Assembly: GCA_008690995.1 (NCBI GenBank)
Contig: VRMN01000001.1
Span: 2,914,001 to 2,978,000 of the forward strand
DNA from: Porphyridium purpureum
Taxonomy: Eukaryota
Length of the DNA: 64,000 bases
Direction of reading: 5' to 3'
Part shown: piece by piece, positions 42,507 through 53,052 of the stretch
How the letters are laid out: the number at the start of each line of letters is the position of its first letter
How positions within the stretch are numbered: the stretch's first letter is position 1
Notes under the pieces: model-generated
What the model saw: the letters and a program-made list of their open reading frames with translations, nothing else
Database searches by the model: none
Told to the model about the DNA's origin: nothing
Position numbers and translations under genes: made by a program

Positions 42507-45500
42507 TCAGGTCGTTTGGACTGCCACTCTGATCGCCTCCAGTTTCTGATCTGTGTAAGGATACTTTTGATACAACTCCTCCTTTTCAGAAAGCTTGGCT
42601 CTGAAGTACGCTATTGTACGCCCTTCTTTGGCATGCCTGTCTACGTACAAACTCTTGTACTTTTCACCGCGTTCGACGGCAGCACGCAATTTCTCTTGCT
42701 GGTGTTCGTATCGCTGACAAACAAGCCGATACGCCTCTTGGGCCTGCTTTAGCTCAGCATCTTTCTTCGCCAGCTCACAAGCGAAGCGCTCATTGGACTC
42801 AAGATGGTTTTGCCTGTCCTCTGCCTGCCTCTCTAACGTCTCCAGCTGACTACTCAAGAACTCCACTCGTTTTGCCTTGTCTGTCGACTCACAACAAGCT
42901 GACGCATACAAATTCTCAATCTGATCAAGCTCTCTGCATAGCTCACTGTTTTGTGTCTCCAGCAAGCGGCATTCTTCTGCTCTCCCTTCAAGTTCGTCCT
43001 GAGTGGCCGAGAAGATCTGCTCAGACTCTCGGAGTTCGGTTTTCACCGCATCGATTTCTGCGGCTAGTTCTTGGCCTTGTGCCTTCATCATTTGCATCTC
43101 CATCCCCTGCGAAGTGCATAAATTGTCTAAAGCCGATAACTCTGAAATCTTGGCTTCCATCCTCAAATGCAGTTCTTGGTTTCGCTGTACTTCCAGTTGC
43201 CACGCGTCGCGCATTTCCTCTAAATGCCTCCGGAGAATCCCAACCATGCATTTGGCAGCCGCAGAGGAGCCTGAAGACTCTTGCGAATTCCAACTGTGCT
43301 GGCTTCCAGTTTCCAACGCAAGTCCATCATCCGTATTCGCATTTGCTTCTGCGCTGGCCAGACGACGCAGAACATCATCATGCATTTCTACGATGGCATA
43401 GATCTCGGCGCGGATCTCTGCATTACGCGCCAAAAGATACTCAGGGACGCATTTCTCACCCACCTGGACAAGCCGGTCGATTTCGTTGAATATCTGGTTC
43501 GCCTCTTCTAGCAGTTGAGTGGGCTGGTTCATCTTTGCATCGAGCGCTAACAGCGCGTCTTCAAACGCTTTGTTCTGAAGAACCGACTCAACACTGCAAG
43601 AGCTGCCGGTTTCGTCATCCCCGCTCGTCCCGACATTATCACCGTGACCCTCGGCCGCGCGCACTCTGATTGTGAGCGCTGCGACGGTCGCGTGAAGGCG
43701 GGAAACTTCGTCTCGATCTGCAAGGAGCTCAGTCTGCTCATCATCCTTTCTTGCTGCTTCTGCACGCGGAGACGCACATTCCGTAGACGTCGGCACATCC
43801 AAAGCCGTGTGTTCATTTTGGATTAATAGCTGTTCCAGCTTGTAACGCAAGAGCTCGTTTCGGTGCAACTCGTTTCGCCAGGCGTCGCGCATGTCCTGAA
43901 ATTGGCGCTGCAGTAAAGACACCATGCATTTAGCAGCCTGGGAAGAGTTTGATGCCGCGTCTGAGTTCCAGCTGTGATGACTCGAACTTTCAAGAGCTGC
44001 AGCCTCATTGACTTCTTCCATATCGCTTGCAATGCAACCCAGCACCTCGTCGTATTTTTGCACGATCGTGCAGATCTCAGTACGGAGCCGAGCACTGCAT
44101 TCCAGTAGATGCCCGGGGACGCTGGTACCGCCAGATTGCATGAGCTGCTCAACTTCGGTCAAAAGGCGGCTGCTTCGATCAAGAAGCTGTTGCGGTCGAC
44201 CAATCTTTGACCCAAGGTCTAGAAGCGCCTTTTCGAAGCCTTGATTTTCCAGGACTGATGCAATTCTGCACGAGCTACAGTCACTGTGCTCAGTATCCAA
44301 CTCTCCGCTTACGTTCTGCTCCTCAGCAGCACGCATTCTAATGGTGAGGGCAGCCAGTTTGGCCTTGAGGCTCGCGACTTCATCTGAAGATGCGTGCAAA
44401 GACTGACGCAGAGTACCCATGTCCTTTTCAAGTTCCACCAAGCTTTGTTCTGCTGTTTGTGCTTGCAACTTCAGCACAACAATAGTTTCCTGAAGTTTCG
44501 CAATGTCGCCTCGATTCTCCCTGAGCTCGGCTTCCAACCGCGAGACTAGCTGTGATTCCATAAGGCTGCCTTCCTCAGTGCTATCTGCAGATCTTTGCGT
44601 GGAAATCTCATCTTGACTCATCAGCTCCTCCATTTTACACTGTAACTCCCGATGTGCACGCATCTCTTTCCTCCAAAAGTTGCGCATGTCATCGAGCTGG
44701 CTTTGGAGCAAAGCAACCATGTGTTTTGCGCTCCTTGAAGAGTTTGAAGATGCGCTCGATTCATCGCTGTACAAGCTGATCCCATCTTCTGCCATGTTTT
44801 CTTGGACGCCGGCAGCGGCGAGCGCCGATTGTGTCAGAAAATTATCATGGACAGCTGCATTAACACACTGCTCAGAGCAGGTCTTCGCATGCACGAGACA
44901 TTGTGTGCTCCGTGCAGCCATTATTCTTTGCTGAGTTTGGTGCATGACGTCATCCAAATTGTCATCACCTTGCCAAAAAATTTGCCGCCGCTTTTCAACA
45001 CAACGGCGTAGCATGAGAATTTCATTCTCGAGGCTTTCGTCTTCAAATGCAGACGCGACACTCTCAGACGTGCTCACACCATCGTCTACAAGCCACGTTG
45101 CGGTAGAAGGGTTATTCTTCGCTGCCTCCAAGGCGCCAGTGAGCTCTGCAATTTTCGCATGTAATTGTACGATCTCTTCTTGGTGCGCGAGGCGCTCGAT
45201 GTCGAGCTCTCTCTCGAGCGCTCGAGCTTTTCCATCCACCGACTCAAGCTCCCGTAGCGCACAAATAATCTGATCCATCTGTCCCGCCAGCTTTTGCCAC
45301 TCCGAGGTGCCCCACGCTGGCTCGGAGTTTGCGTGGTCGCTGTCGAAATCGTCCTCGGCCACCAGACTCAGCAAGGAGAAAACAAGCATAATCTGTGTCC
45401 GAAAACGGCCTACAAACCACAAAAGGTCAGAGTTTGAATGTTCGACGAGCGCATCAATCTTCAGTGGATGAACATGGCGACTGGGTTTGCAGTCTTCGCT

Positions 45501-45698
45501 GAGAGCTGATCGTTCTTGCCCGTTTCTACTGTTGTTGGTCACAACAAGCTTTGCGGTACTTTGCGCATGTCTAAAATCTCCGAACGCGGGTTCCTGAGCC
45601 AAAGCACGTGGTCTGTTGTCGTCCATATTTTCATTCGCATCTATGGCCATGGATTTTGCGCCAGGCCACCGGGTATCGCAGTGGACCACCTTGTCCAT
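42507..45698 (-). CDS. About 1060-aa coiled-coil protein with large internal repeats
   Basis: Long E/L/Q/A-rich ORF with three copies of S..SS..AK(H/C)MV.(L/I)L......MR..W..E. Confidence 0.8.
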   Translation of the reverse strand: MDKVVHCDTRWPGAKSMAIDANENMDDNRPRALAQEPAFGDFRHAQSTAKLVVTNNSRNGQERSALSEDCKPSRHVHPLKIDALVEHSNSDLLWFVGRFRTQIMLVFSLLSLVAEDDFDSDHANSEPAWGTSEWQKLAGQMDQIICALRELESVDGKARALERELDIERLAHQEEIVQLHAKIAELTGALEAAKNNPSTATWLVDDGVSTSESVASAFEDESLENEILMLRRCVEKRRQIFWQGDDNLDDVMHQTQQRIMAARSTQCLVHAKTCSEQCVNAAVHDNFLTQSALAAAGVQENMAEDGISLYSDESSASSNSSRSAKHMVALLQSQLDDMRNFWRKEMRAHRELQCKMEELMSQDEISTQRSADSTEEGSLMESQLVSRLEAELRENRGDIAKLQETIVVLKLQAQTAEQSLVELEKDMGTLRQSLHASSDEVASLKAKLAALTIRMRAAEEQNVSGELDTEHSDCSSCRIASVLENQGFEKALLDLGSKIGRPQQLLDRSSRLLTEVEQLMQSGGTSVPGHLLECSARLRTEICTIVQKYDEVLGCIASDMEEVNEAAALESSSHHSWNSDAASNSSQAAKCMVSLLQRQFQDMRDAWRNELHRNELLRYKLEQLLIQNEHTALDVPTSTECASPRAEAARKDDEQTELLADRDEVSRLHATVAALTIRVRAAEGHGDNVGTSGDDETGSSCSVESVLQNKAFEDALLALDAKMNQPTQLLEEANQIFNEIDRLVQVGEKCVPEYLLARNAEIRAEIYAIVEMHDDVLRRLASAEANANTDDGLALETGSQHSWNSQESSGSSAAAKCMVGILRRHLEEMRDAWQLEVQRNQELHLRMEAKISELSALDNLCTSQGMEMQMMKAQGQELAAEIDAVKTELRESEQIFSATQDELEGRAEECRLLETQNSELCRELDQIENLYASACCESTDKAKRVEFLSSQLETLERQAEDRQNHLESNERFACELAKKDAELKQAQEAYRLVCQRYEHQQEKLRAAVERGEKYKSLYVDRHAKEGRTIAYFRAKLSEKEELYQKYPYTDQKLEAIRVAVQTT

Positions 45699-46164
45699 CA
45701 CCGAGTCTTTCTTTTACTGGCCGCAAACCCCACCCACTTGAGCAAACGGAAATCTCCTACGAATCGGATTAGGCTTCCGCAAGAACTGCGGGTCCCCTGT
45801 TTCTGTGAAGAGCTATGCAGCGTCCTTTCGTGTCCCCCTTCCCCTGGTCGCGACGCCTTCTGATCGCCCGCACGTCCGGCCTCAACCCAGATCCCTCTCA
45901 TCCAGCCGCAGCACAAGTTTAAATTTTCAAAAGTTTGAATGGAAGGTACAGTGCGACGAAGTGGTTTACCGGTTCGAGCAACATCCAGCGCGGTTTTCCA
46001 AATCGGTCCAAGTTCAATCAACTTTTCGGCAGCGTTTTCTAGTAAAACAGCCTCTCTGTACTAATCCCCAACAAGTAGAGGGAGAGTGGTTGCAAAGGGC
46101 AGCAGAGGTGGATCGGAAGCGAGGGAGAAGACGAATGTGGAGTCAAGTCAGAAGAAAAAGTGCC

Positions 46165-47499
46165 ATGCGTGTGACGTTGCTTGCAGTGGCATGCGTAGCG
46201 ACGAGTCTCGCGATTGCGTCAGTGTCGGCGCTGTACGACTTCAAAAAGTCCAAGGTCGTGGAGCTGACTCCGAAGAACTTTAAGAAGTTGGTGGTCAACT
46301 CGAATGAGACATGGATGGTGGAGTTTTACGCGCCGTGGTGCGGGCACTGCAAGGCATTAACGCCGCATTACAATAAGGCTGCGTCCTCACTGGACGGCAT
46401 TGCGAAGCTGGGCGCGGTGGACGCCGATCAGTACAAGGAGCTCGGCAGCAAGTATGGGGTGCGTGGCTACCCGACGATCAAGATATTTAAGGGAATTGGC
46501 ACCAAGGCGCGCCGCCCATCAGACTATAGTGGCGAACGCTCGGCAAAGGCGATCACGGATTACGTGAAGGGAATTCTGCCGAGCTTTGTTGCTGTGCTCA
46601 AGACAGACGGCGTCGATTCGTTCTTCCGGGACGAGGCTCACCTGCCGCATGTGATTCTTTTCACGCAGAAGAAGCAAACTTCTGCTCAAATGAAGGCTCT
46701 TTCTGCCAAACTGCTCGGTCAGGTCTCGATAGGCGAGGTGCGTGGTACTGTGAAGGGGGGCAAGGAAGTGGCAGCGAAATATCAGGTGGAGAAGTTCCCG
46801 ACGCTTCTTGTTTTTGAGCCGGGCTCGAGCGAGGTAGCGGTCCGCCACGACGAAGACCTGGACAGCAAGAAACTGGCCTCGATCCTCTTGGAGTTTGGCG
46901 GCGCTGAAGCGCCTGAAGTAGCAGATGAAGTAGCAGATGAAAAGGAAACCCGAAAGGAATCGCCTTCCGCTTCACCAAAGAAGGAGAAGGAGCCCAAACC
47001 TGCTGCTGAAAAAACATTTAGCCAGCCGGAAGCACACGACACAAGTTTCCATGTGGTGGCAGATGGCCCCACTTTTGAGCGCGAGTGCTCGAAGCGGAGT
47101 GACGGGCTGATGTGCGTACTTTTCATGGGATCACACACCAGTGTGGCTTCGGATGAAATGATGGAAGTGCTGACACGGTTTAAGTTTGATCGCTTTGCAT
47201 TTGCGCACATCGACACGCAATCGACCTTGGGTAAAGGTGCCGAGTATGCCTCAACCCTCGGCGTACCCAAAGGACATTCCGGCGTTGCAATCATTCGACC
47301 CAACAAGCAGAGGTTTGCGGTGCTCGATAAGGACACGACTCTGAGCCCCGCTGCGCTTCAATCCTTTTTGGACCGTGCCGTTGGTGGCGATCTTCAGTAC
47401 AGAAAGCTACCGACTTTTCCAGAGTGGCCCGCAGCTGAACAGGGCTGTGGCGACTCGAATGACTCAAAAGGGGACGATGATGGCCACTGTGAGTTGTAG
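46165..47499 (+). CDS. Protein disulfide-isomerase (PDIA6/P5-like, single active thioredoxin domain)
   Basis: Signal peptide MRVTLLAVACVATSLAIASVSA; WMVEFYAPWCGHCK; GVRGYPTIKIF; further inactive Trx-like domains; C-terminal HCEL. Confidence 0.92.
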   Translation: MRVTLLAVACVATSLAIASVSALYDFKKSKVVELTPKNFKKLVVNSNETWMVEFYAPWCGHCKALTPHYNKAASSLDGIAKLGAVDADQYKELGSKYGVRGYPTIKIFKGIGTKARRPSDYSGERSAKAITDYVKGILPSFVAVLKTDGVDSFFRDEAHLPHVILFTQKKQTSAQMKALSAKLLGQVSIGEVRGTVKGGKEVAAKYQVEKFPTLLVFEPGSSEVAVRHDEDLDSKKLASILLEFGGAEAPEVADEVADEKETRKESPSASPKKEKEPKPAAEKTFSQPEAHDTSFHVVADGPTFERECSKRSDGLMCVLFMGSHTSVASDEMMEVLTRFKFDRFAFAHIDTQSTLGKGAEYASTLGVPKGHSGVAIIRPNKQRFAVLDKDTTLSPAALQSFLDRAVGGDLQYRKLPTFPEWPAAEQGCGDSNDSKGDDDGHCEL

Positions 47500-47648
47500 C
47501 TTTCCATAAGCTTTTTGTAAATTCGGTAGGCTCAGACATAAATTCATATGTTTGATCTCTTCATCTGTGACGGAAAAGAGCCAACATAACGTCACAGATC
47601 TGCAAGACGATGCCGCGCATCCATGGGACAGGAAAGAAGCCCTTTTAT

Positions 47649-48011
47649 TTACGCAGGCGTGGGAGTCACCCACTCAGAGAATGGCCGCGGTCTCGATGGT
47701 AGCGTGACTGCCTCGCGCAAAAACACATACGCCTTCTTGACATCCTTCTCGCGGTGCCACTTTCCATGGCGTTTAGACAACTTTCCGTATTGCACTAGTG
47801 TATTCACTTTCACAATGTCCAGGTTGTACATGGCCTCCAGATACAGCTTCACTTCGACCTTCGTCAGGCGGCGATCTACTTCAAAGATTAGTGTGTCCGT
47901 CACGAAGGTATCGTTTGGCAGGAGCGAGCCTGGGTGAATTCCCGGTGGCGGCTGCAAGCGGAATATGCACTTAAGGTTTGGAAACATTGTCAGGGGCGGT
48001 GACCTCCTCAT
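47649..48011 (-). CDS. MRPL23: Mitochondrial ribosomal protein uL23m
   Basis: FPN, FEVDRRLTKVEVKLYLEAMYNLDIVKVNTLVQYGK and KKAYV. Confidence 0.88.
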   Translation of the reverse strand: MRRSPPLTMFPNLKCIFRLQPPPGIHPGSLLPNDTFVTDTLIFEVDRRLTKVEVKLYLEAMYNLDIVKVNTLVQYGKLSKRHGKWHREKDVKKAYVFLREAVTLPSRPRPFSEWVTPTPA

Positions 48012-48145
48012 TTCGAACCTGTTGGACCACTAGCCGACTTCCCCTCCCGCACACCGCCGTCTATTCTCCGACTTGCCGTGTCGACCTGCGCGTCTTCAGG
48101 GTTATCCCAACCTTTACCTACCTGTTTTCTAGGAGAAAGTTAGCT

Positions 48146-49279
48146 TCATGTGTCCAACCGCACCGGAAGGCGCTCACTGACGCCTCGAAGTCGTGTGCGG
48201 AGCCCCAAGGCATGCAGCTTGTGCGTGCTTAAAGATAAATCCAATGGACGATTCAGACCACTTGTCTTCGATTCACCGGGCACGGCATTGCACTGGGTCA
48301 TACCGAGCGTGGCGGCCAGACGAAGAGCGAGCTCGTACCGGTTGGTCGGCTCGTCGCTGACAAGATTCAGGATGCCTGTCGCGTTTTCGTCGTGTGCGCG
48401 CTCAACAGCAAGCTCGGCCAATGCGCATCCAAGATCATCGGCAAATGACATATTCCGCGGCTCGTCGGTGAAAAGAACGAGGGGCTTCTGCTCGCTGTTC
48501 GAAATCGCGTTCAGAACAAATCTTACAGCCTTGCCTGAGTCAGCCAAAAGGGCGTCGTCAAGCTGAACTGCTGCAGGGTCAGAATTGCCAGTGAACTCAC
48601 GCAGTAAGGGCGGTAACCCAAGAATCAGTGATGTGCGTGCGATGAGAAGTAAATGGTCCCAGCCATTTGACTTTGCCAGCTCTAGTAGTGATTTCTCCAT
48701 CTCCACTTTGTACTGCCCGTATGGATTCGTCGGACAGGTTGGGTCCTGCTCAGGATCCTCTGTGTAGAGGTTGAGATCCGCTCGCGCTCTGTCGTGCGCC
48801 GTAGCGTCGCAACCTTCGCTGCGTATCGGCGTCGACGTTTTGGGTTTGCCGTCAAAGACCTGATCCGTGGAGATCGCGACAAAGCGCCCCCCGCGGCTCA
48901 TTGTCTCACGCGCTGCAAATACCACATCGTCTACGATTCCGGCGCGCACTGCCGTGCCGCCCGTGCTTGCCGCGCCTCCGTGCTTTGGCACCGCGCAGAA
49001 TAGAACCGCCAGCCCGGTTGAGCCTAGCCTGTCGGACTCTGCTTCAATGAGCCGCTGTACGGCTGCATGATCTGATGTATCGAGCTGAATCTCGGTCACG
49101 GAACCGTCCTTCATACCTTGTAGACGTTCGGCCAACACGCGAGAAACGTGCCCGGGCCGCGTGGCTCGGTACGTCATGACCAGCGAGCTAGCTCGGCCTG
49201 TGTCTAATAACACGGAACATACTGCCTCGCAAGCGTGGAAGCCGAGCTCCCCGCCTGCTCCGATCACTATCACATTCAT
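48146..49279 (-). CDS. RmlD-like (dTDP-4-dehydrorhamnose reductase family) extended SDR
   Basis: GAGGELG, ISTDQVFDG, PTNPYGQYK (YxxxK), RTSLI, LFTDEPR and RPLDLSLST. Confidence 0.85.
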   Translation of the reverse strand: MNVIVIGAGGELGFHACEAVCSVLLDTGRASSLVMTYRATRPGHVSRVLAERLQGMKDGSVTEIQLDTSDHAAVQRLIEAESDRLGSTGLAVLFCAVPKHGGAASTGGTAVRAGIVDDVVFAARETMSRGGRFVAISTDQVFDGKPKTSTPIRSEGCDATAHDRARADLNLYTEDPEQDPTCPTNPYGQYKVEMEKSLLELAKSNGWDHLLLIARTSLILGLPPLLREFTGNSDPAAVQLDDALLADSGKAVRFVLNAISNSEQKPLVLFTDEPRNMSFADDLGCALAELAVERAHDENATGILNLVSDEPTNRYELALRLAATLGMTQCNAVPGESKTSGLNRPLDLSLSTHKLHALGLRTRLRGVSERLPVRLDT

Positions 49280-49405
49280 ACTGCTTTCCGGCTCAGAAAA
49301 CAAGGAACTCTTTCTTCAGTGCTGCACCTGCGCCAGCAACACGAGAGCACAGCGAGGGCGGTGTGCAAGCATCACGCTCTATTCGATTTAGGTGTGTCCG
49401 TTGAA

Positions 49406-49738
49406 ATGAGTGGCCCAACGTACACACGCGTGCAGAAGCTTGGTTTATATCGCGCCATCCTGCGCGCGCACCGCGCCTTTCTCGGGGAGTATGAGGGCCA
49501 ACGCGCTCTGGGCGACCGGTATGTGAAAGAAGAGTTCCACAGGCATCGAAATGCGGATGCCAAGTTTGTGGCACCGTTTCTGCGGGCCTGGGAAGAGTAC
49601 TTGCAAGTTCTCTTGGAACGCAGGAAACACGCAGGAGCGCATCTCGAGCCGGCGCAAATGGCTGCGCTCAATGAGAGTCAACGTCTTCAGGTCGAGCGCT
49701 TGAAAAAAATAATTGATGGCACTGAGGCAACGCCGTAA
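49406..49738 (+). CDS. SDHAF3: Succinate dehydrogenase assembly factor 3 (ACN9/Sdh7, LYR family)
   Basis: LYRAILRAHR, RALGDRYVKEEFHRHR, FLRAWEEY and LNESQRLQ. Confidence 0.93.
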   Translation: MSGPTYTRVQKLGLYRAILRAHRAFLGEYEGQRALGDRYVKEEFHRHRNADAKFVAPFLRAWEEYLQVLLERRKHAGAHLEPAQMAALNESQRLQVERLKKIIDGTEATP

Positions 49739-49791
49739 ACAGTTTCGGAGCTTTTATTAAACGAGCAGCAGATGAAACGCAATCCAGCACG

Positions 49792-50478
49792 TCACGCATG
49801 AGCGCGACACGTATCGTCGTAAACAATGCGGTCCAGCATCCATCTCTCGCTGCCGTTGAAGCTCGGACTCTGAGAGAGGAAAATTGTGAAAAATGAGGTG
49901 TCGAGGTCAGCATCGACAACACGCACGCGACACAGAAAGTGAGCGCTGTCAGCTCGCACGGCACCCGTCAATTCGCGCTCGGTGTGTCCCAGCAGGGCAG
50001 CAAATGGCTCAGATATCAGTACGCGCCGGAACGAGTCATACAGGCCCAGGTCCATCGCCCTTCCGAAAAACGTGTGTCTCCACTCCCAGACGTCAATATT
50101 TGCCACGGCATACAATGTATCGATAGCCTCTTCGCGCGGGTTGTCACGCAAGGCGTCGAGTACCGCTGAGAGCGTCATTTCCGGACCAATCTGGGAAAAT
50201 AGACCCACAGTATCCTTTGTCTGCAGCGCTTGCCGTTGCGGCTGCGAGGACGGCGACGCCGCTTGAGTGTTACCCTTATCACTTCTATTCTCTCCGCCTT
50301 CATACTGGTACGCGGCCATGCACAGCTCAGAGACGCGACCGCGGAATGCAGCTGCGCTCCGGGCAGCATCAGCCGCAGCCGTTCCATTCCATGCAGTTCT
50401 CCTTGTACATATTGTCTGTCTGTGCCACGCACAAGGCAGCACGCCCGTCGGTACCATGAACGCCGTGGTCACCCGCAT
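49792..50478 (-). CDS. Plastid-targeted protein of unknown function (DUF4864/NTF2-like)
   Basis: Transit-like N-terminus (TAFMVP); VLDALRDNP, FFG..DLG.YDSFRRVL...FAALLGH and WMLDRI resemble a plant/algal family. Confidence 0.65.
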   Translation of the reverse strand: MRVTTAFMVPTGVLPCAWHRQTICTRRTAWNGTAAADAARSAAAFRGRVSELCMAAYQYEGGENRSDKGNTQAASPSSQPQRQALQTKDTVGLFSQIGPEMTLSAVLDALRDNPREEAIDTLYAVANIDVWEWRHTFFGRAMDLGLYDSFRRVLISEPFAALLGHTERELTGAVRADSAHFLCRVRVVDADLDTSFFTIFLSQSPSFNGSERWMLDRIVYDDTCRAHA

Positions 50479-50705
50479 CGTCCAGACACTTTGCTATCTC
50501 TACCCAACTCCAACTGCTGCCCGGACTCTTCACAGCGACACAAGAACGTTCAGGTCAAACAATCGCGCAACCCCGTTTTTATGCGTGCCAAATGCACATC
50601 TCTCCCCCTTTTCATATCCAACCCCTCAGCACCATGTTCCTGCCCTCCCCAAAAATCTTGCCGCGCTCCGAACATCGCAAAAAGTGGTGCTTTTATGGGA
50701 TCGCG

Positions 50706-50834
50706 CTGTACTCCCTCTGTGCGCCTCACTGTACTTCCCCCTTCGACTGGCTGCATGTTTTATCGCACGTTTCGGCCAAACGGATGCATTCAAGCACGCA
50801 ACGCAGAGGTGTACAGGCCATGACAGAGGTACAG
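50706..50834. promoter_or_regulatory. Cluster of 4 CTGTAC/GTACAG hexamers upstream of the minus-strand gene starting at 50478
   Basis: CTGTAC 50706 and 50729; GTACAG 50811 and 50829. Confidence 0.55.
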
Positions 50835-53052
50835 TCCACTTTGCAGCTTGCCTTGGATTGGACGCGGGAAAACAGTCGGCTCACCGCGTGATATGCGGAA
50901 GAGCGTCGAATTTGCGCGTCCAAGGGCAAGGAAGATGCGGACAGACAGCCGCCGAGAAGCACACTCACTGCACGGTCAAGAACGAGAAAACTTTGCAGAC
51001 GTGGCGTCCTCTTTGACACGCGTGAGCGCTGGTGTGCCCGTAGACCAGGCAAAACGACGGGGAAAATCGGGTGAACAGCGTTGACCACCAGTGGACACCG
51101 CCGCTCTGGCAAATTCAGGCATGAAGTTTTCGCAATCATGACGAGAAAATAAGCAGAGATCTCGAACGAGAGGAACATTAATTCTGAGGGAGAGGCCGGG
51201 TTTACATTCTACTTCCTGCATGCGTCTTGGTGACTGTACTACTGGTTTTTTTTCCCTCATGCCCATACGTTCTCCGTCTCGAAGCAAGACCTGACCCGGT
51301 AATCCGGACAGGCCTATCAAGTTGGAAACCCATTCCTCTTCTCAGGAACAATAAGGCACGAAAAGGAATGACGATTTAAATTCTCGCCGTGTCGCCTCGT
51401 CCGGAAGTTTTGAGAAACTCGAGAAAGTCCTAGAGATTCTGGGAAAATCCAAAGTGCTTCCAGAAACGGCTCGAAGATTCCGCAAAGAAACTGGACTGTT
51501 CCAGACGAGCCGGATGAGACGGATGTCGTCGAACCGTGAGCAGCTAAACTTTGCATTCGGCGACAGCTGGTGTATGCAACACAGCCTGAAAGGAAAGTGA
51601 TCTCAAAATTGTATCCTATTCTTCTGTCGTTGTACTGCCCAGGACCGTTGTGCAGCTATTCAAAGTAATTGAATTGGCTTCTCTTGCTCCTCAACGGTGC
51701 TATCTTTTTCCAGACAAGTTTTCACGAGCGCACTAGCCGTCTGGCAGTTTTCAGGAACATCCTCACAATCCGAGCTGCTCCAGAATATACCCTCTCGGGC
51801 ATCAGAAATGCATTTGTGCTTCCGCTGTGTAACCCCTCGTCTGATCGTGAATCATTTTCAAAAGTGCTTTATCATGGCATCCTTCGCTGCGTAGCCAATT
51901 CTCATGTGAACGAACAGGTTCGTCGGCTTGTCAGGCAACGAGCCACTTGCAGTTTCATGACCTTCGCCCGCGCCCGTTCGGCTGGGTACATTGACTCAAA
52001 ATTGGCACCTCCTGAGATATTTACCAGCGTGGAAAGACCATGCTGTGTCGGCTTGTGTTTACCGTGTTGTACTAGAAAGTCGGCAGTCAGTGGCCGCGCG
52101 CTGCCTGTGCACGCTGTCGGAGCTGCAGGGCACTGGAGCGTTGGTCGGCGCGAGAAAAACAGTCTCCTAGCAATCGATGACTAATTGTTTTGCAAACGAC
52201 TGGAAGAATAAAGTTTTCGTGCCTGGTCCCTGGAGGTTGAAGATGGTTGTCGGTTGAGTACCGACCAAGCGCTTGCACTTTCGTAGTGATGAACTGCTTC
52301 GTCCGTTACCCGATGCAATTTTTCGAGAGGCGGTGACGGGGACTGAAAGCCGCTGATTGAGTGTCTCTGAGACGAAACCGTGCGGCTATTCATTAAGATT
52401 TGGTGCTTCGCTTGCAAGCGAACTGCTCATTTTCCATCACAACCTTGTTGACCTCTCTCCTTTCCAGAGCGAGCTGTGGAAAGTTTGACGGTACGAGAGC
52501 GACATTTGTTTGCGCAGTCCGGGCGAACGAAAACTAAAGATGCAAGCGAACAACAGGGTTAGAGCCGAACCCAAGACCGTACCGCGCCGGTGGCCAAGAT
52601 GACGTGTACCTGGTCTTTCGGCTCTCGAGCAACATATACGCACGACGGACGCACGCTCGCATCTACTGTGCGCGTCGGCCGCACGCCATCCTCCCCTCGC
52701 GCGCAACGCCAATGCCAGACGCGAACACGCCTGCGCTCTCAGCGCCTCCGAAGCCCGCCGCCGCGTTGTGACGCGGAGAGCAAGCAAGGGGGTACAGCCG
52801 AGTTGCACGTTGGGTGCGAATGTGTAAGCATGCGTGGAACGTTCTGCCGGAACAAAAATCTGCGCGAGACCGAGTCGCAAGTTGTGACGAATATCGACAC
52901 ATTTGGAAGTTGCGCGAGAACAAGGGTGAAAGAGGGAGGACAGAGGGAGACTAGGGATCGGAAAGGCGGGGAGTGAGGAGCGAGGGAGGAAGAGATTGGT
53001 ACAGAGAGAGACAAAGAAAGAGAGAAAGAGAGAGAGAGATCAGTCTGTGTGT

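Noticed and set aside
29251..49279. Possible polysaccharide gene cluster (glycosyltransferase, GlmU-like, RmlD-like)
   Set aside because: The genes are 6-11 kb apart and interspersed with unrelated housekeeping genes.
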